Below, one piece after another: positions 1 to 10,017 of a stretch of DNA of 64,000 nucleotides; position 1 is the first letter of the stretch, and each line of letters opens with the position of its first letter. A program made the translations under genes and the position numbers. The stretch spans positions 3,040,001 through 3,104,000 of the forward strand of contig OZ241867.1 of assembly GCA_965203175.1 (NCBI GenBank). The letters run 5' to 3'. The stretch comes from Candidatus Latescibacterota bacterium. GTDB lineage: Bacteria; Latescibacterota; UBA2968; UBA8231. The notes below the pieces were generated by a model. The model saw only the letters and a program-made list of their open reading frames with translations. It was not told the DNA's origin and searched no databases.

Positions 1-1152
1 TCTCTCGCCGACGACGCAGACAAAGGCGGCAACCTCGGTGCCTTCTTTGACCAAGCTGGTGCTGTACCTAGCCTGCGCGATGGCACCTTTCACTTAGAGG
101 AAGGCCAAGTCAGCGAGCCGATCCGCACGATTGACGGATACGAGGTCGTCAAGGTCCTTAAAAAACGACGCATCCCCTTTGAGAAATTGCGCGCTGATAT
201 CGCCGAGCAGGTTGGCCAACGCAAGTGGGCGCAGCGGCGACGGGTGGTAATTGACTCGCTCAAGGAGGTGCGCAGCTTGCGCTATCACCGCGACCGCATC
301 CACGCCGTGCTCGCCGCGTTGCACGGCCGTGCGTTGGACCAACCCCACGCACCGCTGATTGAATATGAAGGGGGAGGCATTGGTAGCGGTGACGCCGTGC
401 GGGGGCTCCGCTCGCTTAAGAAGGGAGCGCTGCCGCCCGACAGTGCAGCCGCGGTTTTGGCTGTTGAACGGTGGATTCTCCCGGATTCCCTGTTGGCTCT
501 CGAAGCCCGTATGCAGAGGCGGCATCTATGGCCCGCTGTGGTAGCGTGGGCCGAGGGACAGAAGCAGTCGCTGCTCGTGTCGCAATTGCGCCTAGACGCG
601 GTGGCGGGAAAGGTCTCAGTGACGGAAGCAGAGGTGCGGGATTACTACGAGCAACACTTGGAAACCTACCGCTCCCTGCCCGGCGTCATCGAGATGACCG
701 AGGTGCTGGTCGATACGCGCATGGAGGCCGAAGAAATTCTCGCGCGGGCGCGCAGCGGGGAGAGGCTGGCGGAGTTGGCCCAGCGCCACTCCGTGCGACC
801 CAGCATGAAGCCGGTAGGCGGCCACACTTTCTCCGACAGCGGTCGGGTTACTATCAAGTCGCTTTATCAGTCGCCGTACCGCACCTTTTTTGGCGACAGC
901 AATTCCAAAGACGTCGGGGTCTTACAAGGGCCGATGGAAGTCCAGGAGAAATACAGCGTGTTCCGCCTCGACCAGCCTTACGGGATGGCGTTGCTGCCCT
1001 TTAAGCAGGTGCAGCGTCCCATTCGCGTTAAGATCCACAAGCGCCGTGAAGGTGTACTCTTCGACGCGTTCCTCGACTCGCTGCGCCAAGCATACGCGGG
1101 CGAGGTACACATCAGCCAAGACGCCCTCACTCGCTACACTGCCGCCTTTTAA
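1..1152 (+). CDS. Parvulin/PpiC-type peptidyl-prolyl isomerase (SurA/PrsA-like foldase), 5'-truncated by the window edge
   Basis: Frame is open from base 1 and reads SLADDADKGGNLG...GQVSEPIRTIDGYEVVKV (parvulin motif). A second rotamase-like domain follows (VTEAEVRDYY, LAELAQRHS, GVLQGP). Paralog of 39607..41310. Confidence 0.8.
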   Translation, partial: SLADDADKGGNLGAFFDQAGAVPSLRDGTFHLEEGQVSEPIRTIDGYEVVKVLKKRRIPFEKLRADIAEQVGQRKWAQRRRVVIDSLKEVRSLRYHRDRIHAVLAALHGRALDQPHAPLIEYEGGGIGSGDAVRGLRSLKKGALPPDSAAAVLAVERWILPDSLLALEARMQRRHLWPAVVAWAEGQKQSLLVSQLRLDAVAGKVSVTEAEVRDYYEQHLETYRSLPGVIEMTEVLVDTRMEAEEILARARSGERLAELAQRHSVRPSMKPVGGHTFSDSGRVTIKSLYQSPYRTFFGDSNSKDVGVLQGPMEVQEKYSVFRLDQPYGMALLPFKQVQRPIRVKIHKRREGVLFDAFLDSLRQAYAGEVHISQDALTRYTAAF

Positions 1153-1154
1153 AA

Positions 1155-3173
1155 ATGCGCGGTCGGCTCGCGGCGCTGCTGCTCGGCTTGGTTTTGGTCG
1201 CGCTCATTGAGGGAGGGTTGCGGCTGATCCCGGCGTTGGATCCGCCAGCGTTTGCCATCCAATTAGCGCGCGTCGAAAACCGGGCGCTCCACGCGGTCAA
1301 CCCGGATTATGCCCGTCGCTTCTTCGCCGACATGGCCGAGCCTATCCGGCGCGGCATCCGCATGACCCCGAGGCCCTATATCGAACCCGCGCCCGAGGGT
1401 GCATTGCGCGTGCTCTTTGCCGGGGGTTCGACCGTACAGGGCTACCCTCACCCCAAACGTTTATCGGCTCCGTCCTATCTCCAAGAAATGCTCGGCGATC
1501 TTTTCCCAGCGAGCCAGATCGAAGTCTTTAACGCTGGGATCACCGCTGCGTCGAGCTTTGCTGTGGCCCGTGCGGTAGAAGACGGCACTGCCGCACTCGG
1601 GGCGGACTTGGTCGTAGTCTATACTGGTCACAACGAGCTATACGGGGTTTATGGGGCGGCCTCGTTGGCCCAAGGAGGGCAAGCAGTGTGGATGAAGCGG
1701 GTCCACTACGCGCTGGTGCAGTGGCGGCTGAGACCCTTGGTCGGCAAGCTGATAGGGCCGTTGGGCAAAGAGTGGTCGGATGGGCCCTTGATCGAGGTGA
1801 TGTCTAAGGCAGGCGCGATCCCGGCGTCCGATCCGCGGCGGGCGCAGGCGGCGGCAAACTTAGAGACTAATCTCCGCGACGTGGCGGCCTTTTGCCGAGT
1901 CCGGCGCATTCCCTTGGTGCTCTGTACGGTGACCAGCAACGAGCGCGGTTTCGCGCCAGCGCGCATGGAGCCGCCGTTGCCGGATGGGGAGCGCGCGCGC
2001 TATGTGGATTTTTTGGCGCAGGGCCATAGGGAGCAAGCGTCGCCGGCCGCCCTGGCGGCCTTGGAACAGGCCGAGGTGCTCTATGCAGACGACGCCTACT
2101 TGCACTTCTTGCGCGGTTATCACTTAGAGCAGTTGGGCCGTGGGGCTAGGGCACGGGCGGCTTATGTGCAGGCTCGCGAGTTAGATCCTCGGCCTTGGCG
2201 GGCGCCGGCCGCCCTAAACGAGGTCGTGCGCCGAGTTGCGGCTGAAGAAGGGGTACTTCTCGCCGATGTGGAGGCGCGCTTCCGCGCCCACAGCTCGGAG
2301 GCAGGCGTGGGTTGGGAACTGATGGCCGATCACTTGCATCCGGCGGTGGTCGGCCAAGTGCTCTTGGCTCGATCTATTGTCGCTGCGCTGGAAAAGGCAC
2401 CGACCCCTTGGATGGTCGCACCCGATGCTGCGGATCGGTTGGCGGCAGCCGATGAATACCGCCGTAGACTCGGTGATCTGCCCGTCGAGCGGCTAGCCGT
2501 GCTGCGGGCCATGGTTGTGCTCTTGGCCACGCCGCCTTTGGATGAAGGCAACGAGCATCGAGTGCAGACCTTGCGCGAGCAGGCCACGGCCCTGTGGGAC
2601 GAACTGAGTGCTGGAGAGCAGAGCGGAGTCGAGCGCTGGCAAACGGGAGAGGGACCGGAGCTATTGGCGCTGAACGTGGCTGACGCGTGTTACGACGCTC
2701 AGGAGTACGCGCGCGCGCGGGCTTATTATCGCGCGGCCCGTTTGGAGAATCCTTATACAATATGGGGCGATTTGTGGAGCACGTTGCGCCAGATGCATTG
2801 TGGCCAACTCGCGGGAGATTCCATTGGACCGACCGACCGCGCCGTACTCTCTGCCCTGCTAGATCGCTTGCGCTTCTTGAGCGCGGCCCCAGATTTTTCT
2901 CTAGGGTTACAGGACTTTATCCGCGGCTATGCCTACCATTTGCTCGGAGAGCATATCAGGGCGTTAGCAGCGCTAGAAAGCGCAGCGCAAGACGCGAACA
3001 TCCGCAAGATGTTTACGACGGACTTGCTAGAGCTGCTCGTCGCCGAACTGATGAGTGCAGGTCGCTTGGCCGACGCCGAGCGGTACGCCGTGCAGATAGC
3101 TGTCGAGCAGCAGCAAGAGGCGTTCGGTCGGGCACTCATCGAGCAGATTAGGGCGGGTCAGAAGCCGCGCTGA
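1155..3173 (+). CDS. SGNH/GDSL-family hydrolase/acyltransferase with N-terminal membrane anchor and TPR-like helical repeats
   Basis: SGNH blocks GGSTVQG, NAG, YTGHNE and DHLHP; TPR-like helices inserted and at the C-terminus; hydrophobic N-terminus. Confidence 0.75.
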   Translation: MRGRLAALLLGLVLVALIEGGLRLIPALDPPAFAIQLARVENRALHAVNPDYARRFFADMAEPIRRGIRMTPRPYIEPAPEGALRVLFAGGSTVQGYPHPKRLSAPSYLQEMLGDLFPASQIEVFNAGITAASSFAVARAVEDGTAALGADLVVVYTGHNELYGVYGAASLAQGGQAVWMKRVHYALVQWRLRPLVGKLIGPLGKEWSDGPLIEVMSKAGAIPASDPRRAQAAANLETNLRDVAAFCRVRRIPLVLCTVTSNERGFAPARMEPPLPDGERARYVDFLAQGHREQASPAALAALEQAEVLYADDAYLHFLRGYHLEQLGRGARARAAYVQARELDPRPWRAPAALNEVVRRVAAEEGVLLADVEARFRAHSSEAGVGWELMADHLHPAVVGQVLLARSIVAALEKAPTPWMVAPDAADRLAAADEYRRRLGDLPVERLAVLRAMVVLLATPPLDEGNEHRVQTLREQATALWDELSAGEQSGVERWQTGEGPELLALNVADACYDAQEYARARAYYRAARLENPYTIWGDLWSTLRQMHCGQLAGDSIGPTDRAVLSALLDRLRFLSAAPDFSLGLQDFIRGYAYHLLGEHIRALAALESAAQDANIRKMFTTDLLELLVAELMSAGRLADAERYAVQIAVEQQQEAFGRALIEQIRAGQKPR

Positions 3174-4869
3174 CACCCTCGCCTTCGACGAGCGCGATGT
3201 CTTGGTTGGCTGCAAAGGGGCCGAATCGCTCGGTTCGGCCCGAAGGCCAACGTACTTCTAATGCGTCGAGTTGCGGTCGTTTCCCCAGTCCCAAACAGAT
3301 GTGGAGTTGACTCTGCGATAGGTACGAGCGACTGCCGCGTAGTTCCCTAGTCTGGACCAAGTCGCCGCTAGTTGCCGTCAGCCGGGCACCGATGCCATTC
3401 GGGTTGCCGTTGGTCCCAACGAGCCGGATGGTCATCCAGTGATTGGCCTCGCCTTGATCGTTGCGCAGCAAGCTGAGCGGTTGCCCTGAATTAAAGACTA
3501 GTAGATCGGGATCGCCGTCGCCGTCGTAGTCGCCAGCGGCACTTCCGCGACTGACGCGCTCTAAAGAGAAACCGGGACCGGCCGCTGTGGAAATCTCGGC
3601 GAAGCGGCCGCCGTCGTTGCGGAAGAGCAAATTGCGCTGCCCATAACTGGTGGATTGGTCGATGTCGCGGACGTTGTCGAGAACGTGGCCGTTGGCGGCA
3701 AACAGGTCGAGATCTCCATCGAGGTCGGGGTCGAAAAACTGGGTGCCAAACCCGAGGAAGGGCAACGACGGAAGGCCTATCCCGGCGACAAAGGTTGCAA
3801 CCGAGAAGAAGCTACCTTCGCCCCGATAGAGTGCGTTAGGCTCGGCCTGGAAGTTGGTCACCGTTAAATCGAGTACGCCGTCGCCGTTGTAGTCCCCCCA
3901 ATCTACCCCCATGCCCGCTTCCATTTGTCCGTCTTGGCCATAAGCTACCCCGGCCAGTCCCGCTCTTTCGGCAAAGGTTCCATCGCGGTTGTTGTGGTAG
4001 AGGAAGTTGCGCACTGCATCGTTGGCCACGTAGATGTCGGGCCAACCGTCGCTGTCGTAGTCGCCAAAAACTACCCCTAGCCCCTTGCCGCTCGCATCGG
4101 CGATGCCCGCTCCTGCCGATACATCGACAAATCGTCCTGCGCCGTCGTTGCGGTAGAACAAATCAGCTTGGCCTTGGAAGTTGTCTGGATGCGGATAGCC
4201 GACAGGAGCTTGGCCACCATAGCTTTCGTAGCTGGCCATATAGGGCACTTGGTCGGCGCGGGCCGCGGCTGGATCGTAGGCTACGTAGTTGGCGACATAG
4301 AGGTCGAGGTCTCCGTCGCGGTCATAATCGGCAAAGGCACAACTCGTGCCCCAGCGCGCATCGGCAACGCCTGTATGCCGTCCGATTTCAGCAAAGTGTC
4401 CGTCGTCGTTGCGAAAGAGTGCGTTGGGGCCAAAGTTGGTCAAATAGAGGTCGAGGTCTCCGTCGCTGTCGTAGTCGGCCGCGGCTACTCCCATGCCAAC
4501 ACCTGGGTGGGCGACCCCAGCCGCGACTGAGACAAAGCGCTGGCCGTCGTTGAGAAAAAGACTATTGACAGGGGCCGCATCTCGTGGGTCGGCGGCGATA
4601 AAAGCGCCGTTTACGGCGTAAACATCTAAATCGCCATCGCCGTCGTAGTCGAAGAAAGCACCTCCGCCACCCATAGTCTCGGGGAAGTAGCGCTGAGGAC
4701 TGCGGCCGTTTTCGTGCTGCCAAGTCAGGCCGACGGCAGATGCTACTTCGACGAAGTAGAGAGACGAAGCTGCAGGTGCGGCGTGTTGCAGCGGTGCAGG
4801 TGGCACGGTCTCTTCGGTGGAGTTACAGGCTAGACAGAGAAAGCAGATGAGAAGGACTAGTATGGACAT
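3148..4869 (-). CDS. CRTAC1/ASPIC-UnbV family lipoprotein (FG-GAP repeat beta-propeller)
   Basis: Repeated DYDxDGDLDLY motifs, PETMGGGG, C-terminal GIGAR...SYLSQS...LGLG...VRWPSG. Start moved to ATG 4869, which gives lipobox LCLAC and follows directly on the upstream stop. Confidence 0.85.
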   Translation of the reverse strand: MSILVLLICFLCLACNSTEETVPPAPLQHAAPAASSLYFVEVASAVGLTWQHENGRSPQRYFPETMGGGGAFFDYDGDGDLDVYAVNGAFIAADPRDAAPVNSLFLNDGQRFVSVAAGVAHPGVGMGVAAADYDSDGDLDLYLTNFGPNALFRNDDGHFAEIGRHTGVADARWGTSCAFADYDRDGDLDLYVANYVAYDPAAARADQVPYMASYESYGGQAPVGYPHPDNFQGQADLFYRNDGAGRFVDVSAGAGIADASGKGLGVVFGDYDSDGWPDIYVANDAVRNFLYHNNRDGTFAERAGLAGVAYGQDGQMEAGMGVDWGDYNGDGVLDLTVTNFQAEPNALYRGEGSFFSVATFVAGIGLPSLPFLGFGTQFFDPDLDGDLDLFAANGHVLDNVRDIDQSTSYGQRNLLFRNDGGRFAEISTAAGPGFSLERVSRGSAAGDYDGDGDPDLLVFNSGQPLSLLRNDQGEANHWMTIRLVGTNGNPNGIGARLTATSGDLVQTRELRGSRSYLSQSQLHICLGLGKRPQLDALEVRWPSGRTERFGPFAANQDIALVEGEGVSAASDPP

Positions 4870-4870
4870 G

Positions 4871-6373
4871 TCAGGGACTCGGCAGTTGAGCGAGCCGCTC
4901 GCGGGCTTGGCGCAGGAAGTCTGGGTCGCCTTGCCACTTGTCGATAAAGGTTTGATAGCAACGGCGTGCCTCCAAGACCGCGCCCTGGGCTTGGTACACG
5001 GTTGCCAGTGCGTAATAGGTTCGCGCAAAAGTCGAATCAGCCGAAAGCGCCGCCTGATAGGCTCGTTGTGCTTGAGCTAGCTGCCCTTTTTGCAAGAAGA
5101 GGCTGCCGAGATTATAGTGGGCATCGGCCAGAGTTGAGTCAGCGGCAATGGCCGATGCCAACGCCCGTTGCGCCGCCACTTCTTCGCCTAAGCTTAGCTG
5201 GACATGGCCGAGGTTATTCCAAGCTGTGGCCGAAGACGAATCCAGTGCCAGTGCGTGCTCGAAGGCCGTGCGGGCCTCTTGATACTGGTCTCGCCGCATA
5301 TAAACATAACCACAGGTGAAATGGAGCTTGCTAGTGCGCACATCCTCTGGGTGCTGAGAGATGCCTCGGCGGCATAGTTCGAGCACTTCTTGATCTTCTC
5401 CCTGCGTCAATAAAAGTCCGCTTAGCGAAATTAGGGCCTCTAAGTCGTTCGGGTCAGCTAGCAGTATGGCCCGATAGTGGGTGAAAGCGTCGTCGTCTCG
5501 ACCCAGTTGTCGATAGTGGTAGGCTAGTTGCAAGCGAGTCTCACGGTGGTCGGGCTCGGTGTCGAGCTGGCGACGCAGGTGCGCGATTTGAGCAGCGTGG
5601 GCAGCGAGGGTCTCAAAACGTGCCAGCGCCGCCTGCGCTTGAGTTGGCTGTCTCAGTCCCAAAAGCGCCGAAGAAAGATTGTAGTGAGCCTCGATTAAGT
5701 GCGGGTCGAGCGCGAGCGCGCGGCGAAAGGTCGCCAGCGCCTCTGGGTAACGCCGCTCGGCTAGGTGCAGCAAACCCAGCAGACGATGACTCTCGGCTAG
5801 GGTCGAGTCTTGGGCGAGGGCTAGGTCGAGCGCGGCTCGGGCCTCGTCGTAGCGTCCTTGACGCACATAGAGCCGGCCGAGTTGTTGCCGCACGTCAAAG
5901 TCTTCCCCGCCCCCCTCTAATGCAGCGTGCAGTCCTTTTTCGGCTAGGTCGTAGCGCCCTTGTTTGGCATAGAAGAGGGGCAGAGTGCGGAGGGCTGGGA
6001 CGTAGGTTGGAATGCGTTCGAGTAACTCGATGGCCAACGGCAGGTGGCCCCGGTCGGCCTCGACCACAGCTAGGTTGTGTCGGGCGCGATGATAGGTGGA
6101 GTCGGCTGCGAGCGCGGCTTCGTAGGCTTGGACGGCCCGCTCCACGTGCCCGAGCCGAGCGTCAAGATCACCCAATGCACAGTGCGCTGCGGCGTCGAGC
6201 GAGTCTATGGCTAGCGCTTTTTCAAAAGCGCGGCGTGCCTCGGCGTAGCGGTGTTCTTCAGCGAAGTCACGCCCGGCCTGCACCAAGCGGTCGCTTTCTT
6301 TTTTGGGGACGGGATCTACGCCGCAACCACTCAACGTCACCCATAGTACGGCGATCGGGACAACCAAGCTCAT
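4871..6373 (-). CDS. TPR-repeat lipoprotein
   Basis: Lipobox LSGC; many TPRs (AHYNLG, AWNNLG, ALAADST). Confidence 0.85.
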   Translation of the reverse strand: MSLVVPIAVLWVTLSGCGVDPVPKKESDRLVQAGRDFAEEHRYAEARRAFEKALAIDSLDAAAHCALGDLDARLGHVERAVQAYEAALAADSTYHRARHNLAVVEADRGHLPLAIELLERIPTYVPALRTLPLFYAKQGRYDLAEKGLHAALEGGGEDFDVRQQLGRLYVRQGRYDEARAALDLALAQDSTLAESHRLLGLLHLAERRYPEALATFRRALALDPHLIEAHYNLSSALLGLRQPTQAQAALARFETLAAHAAQIAHLRRQLDTEPDHRETRLQLAYHYRQLGRDDDAFTHYRAILLADPNDLEALISLSGLLLTQGEDQEVLELCRRGISQHPEDVRTSKLHFTCGYVYMRRDQYQEARTAFEHALALDSSSATAWNNLGHVQLSLGEEVAAQRALASAIAADSTLADAHYNLGSLFLQKGQLAQAQRAYQAALSADSTFARTYYALATVYQAQGAVLEARRCYQTFIDKWQGDPDFLRQARERLAQLPSP

Positions 6374-7704
6374 TGCGGGGAGTTCTCTTGCGCGGATAGC
6401 TGTCGTCGGGCTTCGGCGATTTTGGCTTGCAAAGCCTCATTGGCCGCCCCACCAGACGGAACGTTCTCCCAGAGCGCAATGGCCCGTGCGAATTCGCCTC
6501 GGCGGGCGTGGATATCGCCGAGCAGTATGCGGGCACTATAGAGCTTCTCATCCAGTTCGATGGCCCGCTCGACGGCCGCCTGCGCTTGGTCCAGTTGATC
6601 CATTTCGAGGTACACATTGCCGAGATTGGAGTAGTAGAAACCCGTAGATGGGGCAAACCGCACAGCCCGATCGTATTGTCTGAGGGCCTTTTCTAGTTGG
6701 CCTTGCTTGTGAAAGATCAAACCCAGATTGTTGTGGCTTTCGGCTAGGGTTGAGTCGTGGCTCAATGCTTCGAGGTAATAGCGCGCCGCTAAATCGTCCT
6801 TGCCCCGGCGCTGGAGCAGCGTGCCCAGCCCTTGGTACCCCAAGCCATAGGTCGAGTCGATAAGGATGGACTGGCGATAGTGCTCGACAGCTAGTTTGAG
6901 ACGTCCAAAGCGACTGTAGAGGGCGGCAAGATTGGAGTGGGTTTGGGGTTGGTCGGGGTGCTGGCGCAGCGCATCTTGATGGGGCTTGAGTTGGGCGTTT
7001 TGTTCGTCCAAGACGCTCGCTCGCTCGAGGGCGCGCTGCCCTTCCGCATCGCGGCCCATGCGCAACAGAGCCTGCCCGATTCCAAGGAACGCGGCCGGCT
7101 CGTGAGGACTGAGACGCGCGACTTGGCGCAGTTGGCGCTCGGCCTCTTGGTAATTGCCCAATTTTAGGTCTGCTAGACCTAGCTGTAGTCGAGCTTGAAG
7201 GTGGGTGGAGTCGGCAGTGGCGATGGCGGCAAAAACCTCGCGGGCTTCTTGTAGCTGGCCTTCGCGTTGGTGGATCACGCCTAGAATATACCGCGCTTCG
7301 ACAGCGTTAGGGGCTAGTTCCAGTGCCTCGGTGAGGAGTTGGCGAGCCTCCTCTATTTTTCCGTGTACATCGTAGAACATTTTGCCCAAGGCGATGCGGG
7401 GCCCGGCGTAGTCGGGTTTTAGCTCAAGCGCCTTCTCAAATTGGGTCTGCGCCTCGGCAAAACGACTCTGGGCGTGCAATACAACGCCGAGATAGTAGTG
7501 GTATTGGGGGTTGTCTGGAGCTTGTTGCAGCGCTTGGCGATAGGCTTGCTCGGCTTGGGAGAAGAGGCCGCGGGCTTGGAGTGCGCGACCGGCGGCAAAA
7601 GTCTGAGCCGCTGGGTCGGCGGGCGATGCGGGGGCTTGCGTTGTATCAGGAGTTTCGCCATCGCAGGCAGCGAATACAAATAAAAAGACTAGGGCAAGGC
7701 GCAT
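6370..7704 (-). CDS. TPR-repeat lipoprotein
   Basis: ATG 7704 has a GGAG RBS and gives lipobox FAAC; TPRs (YHYYLG, SHNNLG, YYSNLG). An in-frame upstream TTG at 7821 is an alternative start. Confidence 0.85.
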   Translation of the reverse strand: MRLALVFLFVFAACDGETPDTTQAPASPADPAAQTFAAGRALQARGLFSQAEQAYRQALQQAPDNPQYHYYLGVVLHAQSRFAEAQTQFEKALELKPDYAGPRIALGKMFYDVHGKIEEARQLLTEALELAPNAVEARYILGVIHQREGQLQEAREVFAAIATADSTHLQARLQLGLADLKLGNYQEAERQLRQVARLSPHEPAAFLGIGQALLRMGRDAEGQRALERASVLDEQNAQLKPHQDALRQHPDQPQTHSNLAALYSRFGRLKLAVEHYRQSILIDSTYGLGYQGLGTLLQRRGKDDLAARYYLEALSHDSTLAESHNNLGLIFHKQGQLEKALRQYDRAVRFAPSTGFYYSNLGNVYLEMDQLDQAQAAVERAIELDEKLYSARILLGDIHARRGEFARAIALWENVPSGGAANEALQAKIAEARRQLSAQENSPQ

Positions 7705-7829
7705 AAGTTTACTCCGATATGAAGCGATTGATGCTTTGATTCCGTCGGTAAAGAGCGGCCCAGCGCTGAGAATGGGTGGCGCGCAAGCAAAGATCAAAAG
7801 AGCTTGGAAGTAGCTAGACAAAGGGCCTC

Positions 7830-9920
7830 CTATGGCGCTTCGAGCCGGCGATAGGCTTCATCGAGCAGACGCTGCGCGTGAGTGGAGGGCCCTCTTGCTA
7901 GCACTTGGAGCAGCCGGTCAATGGCCGCGGCGTGGTTCCCATTTTCGAGTTCGATGAGCGCGAGGTTGACGTGGACATCTGGGTTGTTTGGATCCAGTTC
8001 TAGGGCTTGAAGGAAATGCGTCTGTGCCGCTTGTGTGCGCCCAGCGAGTAAGTGCAGGGCACCGATGGCATTTAGGGCTTCGGGCTGCCTTGCGAGGGAC
8101 AAAGCCCGGTGGTACTGGACGAGTGCGGCCTCGACTTGCCCGGCCTGCTGTAAGGCCCTCCCTAGTTCGTAGTGCAGCCAGAAATCCCGTGGCTGCCAAG
8201 CAAGTGCCCGCTGCAAGTGAGTTGCGGCCGTGGCGTAGTGTCCTTGGCGGTAGAGTAGGCGGCCGTAGTAGTAGTGGGCCATGCCGGACTCTGGATCGCG
8301 TTGGAGAGCGCGGCGCAGATATGCTTCGGCCTGCTGTGGCTTATTGGTCGCTAGATAAATCCGGCCTAGGAGTATGCGAGTGTCGGTGCGTCGAGGATTT
8401 TGCGCTAGAGTCTGCAAGGCCTCGCGTTCGCCTTCCCCATAGCGCTCTTGATGAAAGTATGCCGCGGCTAGATTGTGGCGGGCGTAGTTGTACTCTGGGT
8501 CCAATTCCAGCGCCCGGTGCGAGTAACGCGCAGACAGGGCGTAGTTTTGCTTGCGCAGATGCACCTCGCCTAGGTCGAAGTAAAGTTGGGCGTCTTCTTC
8601 GGTCGGCGTGGCTTCGGCGAGATTGCACAGGACCAATAGGCCCCCGAGAGGTAGGGCAAGCACTGTGGTGCGGATATAGGCTCTGCGGCGCATGCCTAGA
8701 TAGAGTTGAAAGGCGGCAAAAGCAGCAAAAGCAATCAGCACCGGCACGACCGGTATGCGGTAGCGGGCCGCTGGAAAGAAGAGTACGACCGAGGCTGTGT
8801 ACACTAGCGCGTAGAGCCGCAGCAAGGCAATCGGCGGCGTCCACTCTCTCCTCATGCTCAGCGCCAAGCCGAGCAAGCTCAGCGGGCCGATCAGGCCGAA
8901 GGGAATAGACACGCGCCAATCCCAGAGCAAGAGGCTCAAGATCCGCGAGTGTTGGCGGGCGTAGTATATGTCTTGATTGCGCTTGGTCTCCGGGCCGCTC
9001 CAAAAATGGAGTACTTTCTTGCCGAGTAGTCCGAGATAGTCGAGGGGGCGCGCGGTTATGTAATCAAGGGCTTTGTAAAAGAAAAAGGCCGATTGAGCGG
9101 CCGCGGTTTCATGTTCCGAGATCGCCGCTTCGGCGATCATGGTCTCCCACTGCATACCTGGACGCAGCGAGACCGTGCGCTCGTAGTCGGCGTTGTTGCC
9201 GATGTAGAAATTGATGCCGGCATTGGAGGAGATGAATACGAGATCTGGCTCAATAGTCCAGTTGCGATAAGTGATGGGCAAAATGACCAACGCTATGGGA
9301 ATGACAAAAGAGAGCAGGGGACGGTAGGCAGATGTGCGCCGGTACCATAACGTCCAAGCGCAAAAGGCCGGGATAAAGAGCAAGATAGTAGGGCGAGTCA
9401 GAGCCGCAAGGCCCGCGATGAGGCCGGCCAGTACCCAGTTGCGCCCGCGATCACCTCTCCACGCCAGCAACAGGCTGTACAGGAGCAGGAGATTGAGGAA
9501 GATTTCCACCGGCACGGCCAATAACTCGCCCTCAAAGTAGAGCAAGGAGCCACACAAGGTCGCTGTGATGCTGGCGATGCGGCCAACCTGCTCGCCAAAG
9601 GCGTGCCGAGCCAATGCATACACTAATAGGCAGGAAAGGACGCCGAGGCTCGCGTGTACGAGCCTGATGCCGACGAAGTACGAGGCTGGCATAAGCCAGC
9701 AAACGAACGTCAGTAGGTAGATGTAGAGGGGGGGTTGCCAGTACGGTTCGTCCCCTCCCCAGAATGGGCCACTGGCAAGGGCCTGCTTGAGAAAGGTCTG
9801 GGCGTCAACTATGGGCGCGTCGAAGAAGGGACTGGCGCGGTGTTCCCACAGATAGCCCAGCCGCAGTGCGAGAGCGACTAGCAGGAGCGCGCCTAAAAAA
9901 AAGCGGGTGCTGCGCGCCAT
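7830..9920 (-). CDS. GT-C fold (ArnT/PMT-like) membrane glycosyltransferase fused to C-terminal TPRs
   Basis: About 10-12 hydrophobic segments, PIVDA, WQPPLY, ALTRP, NFYIGN, ARYRIP, then a TPR array. Paralog of 57404..59413. Confidence 0.75.
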   Translation of the reverse strand: MARSTRFFLGALLLVALALRLGYLWEHRASPFFDAPIVDAQTFLKQALASGPFWGGDEPYWQPPLYIYLLTFVCWLMPASYFVGIRLVHASLGVLSCLLVYALARHAFGEQVGRIASITATLCGSLLYFEGELLAVPVEIFLNLLLLYSLLLAWRGDRGRNWVLAGLIAGLAALTRPTILLFIPAFCAWTLWYRRTSAYRPLLSFVIPIALVILPITYRNWTIEPDLVFISSNAGINFYIGNNADYERTVSLRPGMQWETMIAEAAISEHETAAAQSAFFFYKALDYITARPLDYLGLLGKKVLHFWSGPETKRNQDIYYARQHSRILSLLLWDWRVSIPFGLIGPLSLLGLALSMRREWTPPIALLRLYALVYTASVVLFFPAARYRIPVVPVLIAFAAFAAFQLYLGMRRRAYIRTTVLALPLGGLLVLCNLAEATPTEEDAQLYFDLGEVHLRKQNYALSARYSHRALELDPEYNYARHNLAAAYFHQERYGEGEREALQTLAQNPRRTDTRILLGRIYLATNKPQQAEAYLRRALQRDPESGMAHYYYGRLLYRQGHYATAATHLQRALAWQPRDFWLHYELGRALQQAGQVEAALVQYHRALSLARQPEALNAIGALHLLAGRTQAAQTHFLQALELDPNNPDVHVNLALIELENGNHAAAIDRLLQVLARGPSTHAQRLLDEAYRRLEAP

Positions 9921-10017
9921 GGCGTTAGAATGGTGACGAGGAAGAGGAAATTATGCAAGCATTTCCCGGTGCGGCGTTGCTCGGCTCCGCAGGTTTAGGT
10001 ACAGTCACGCGTTTTGG

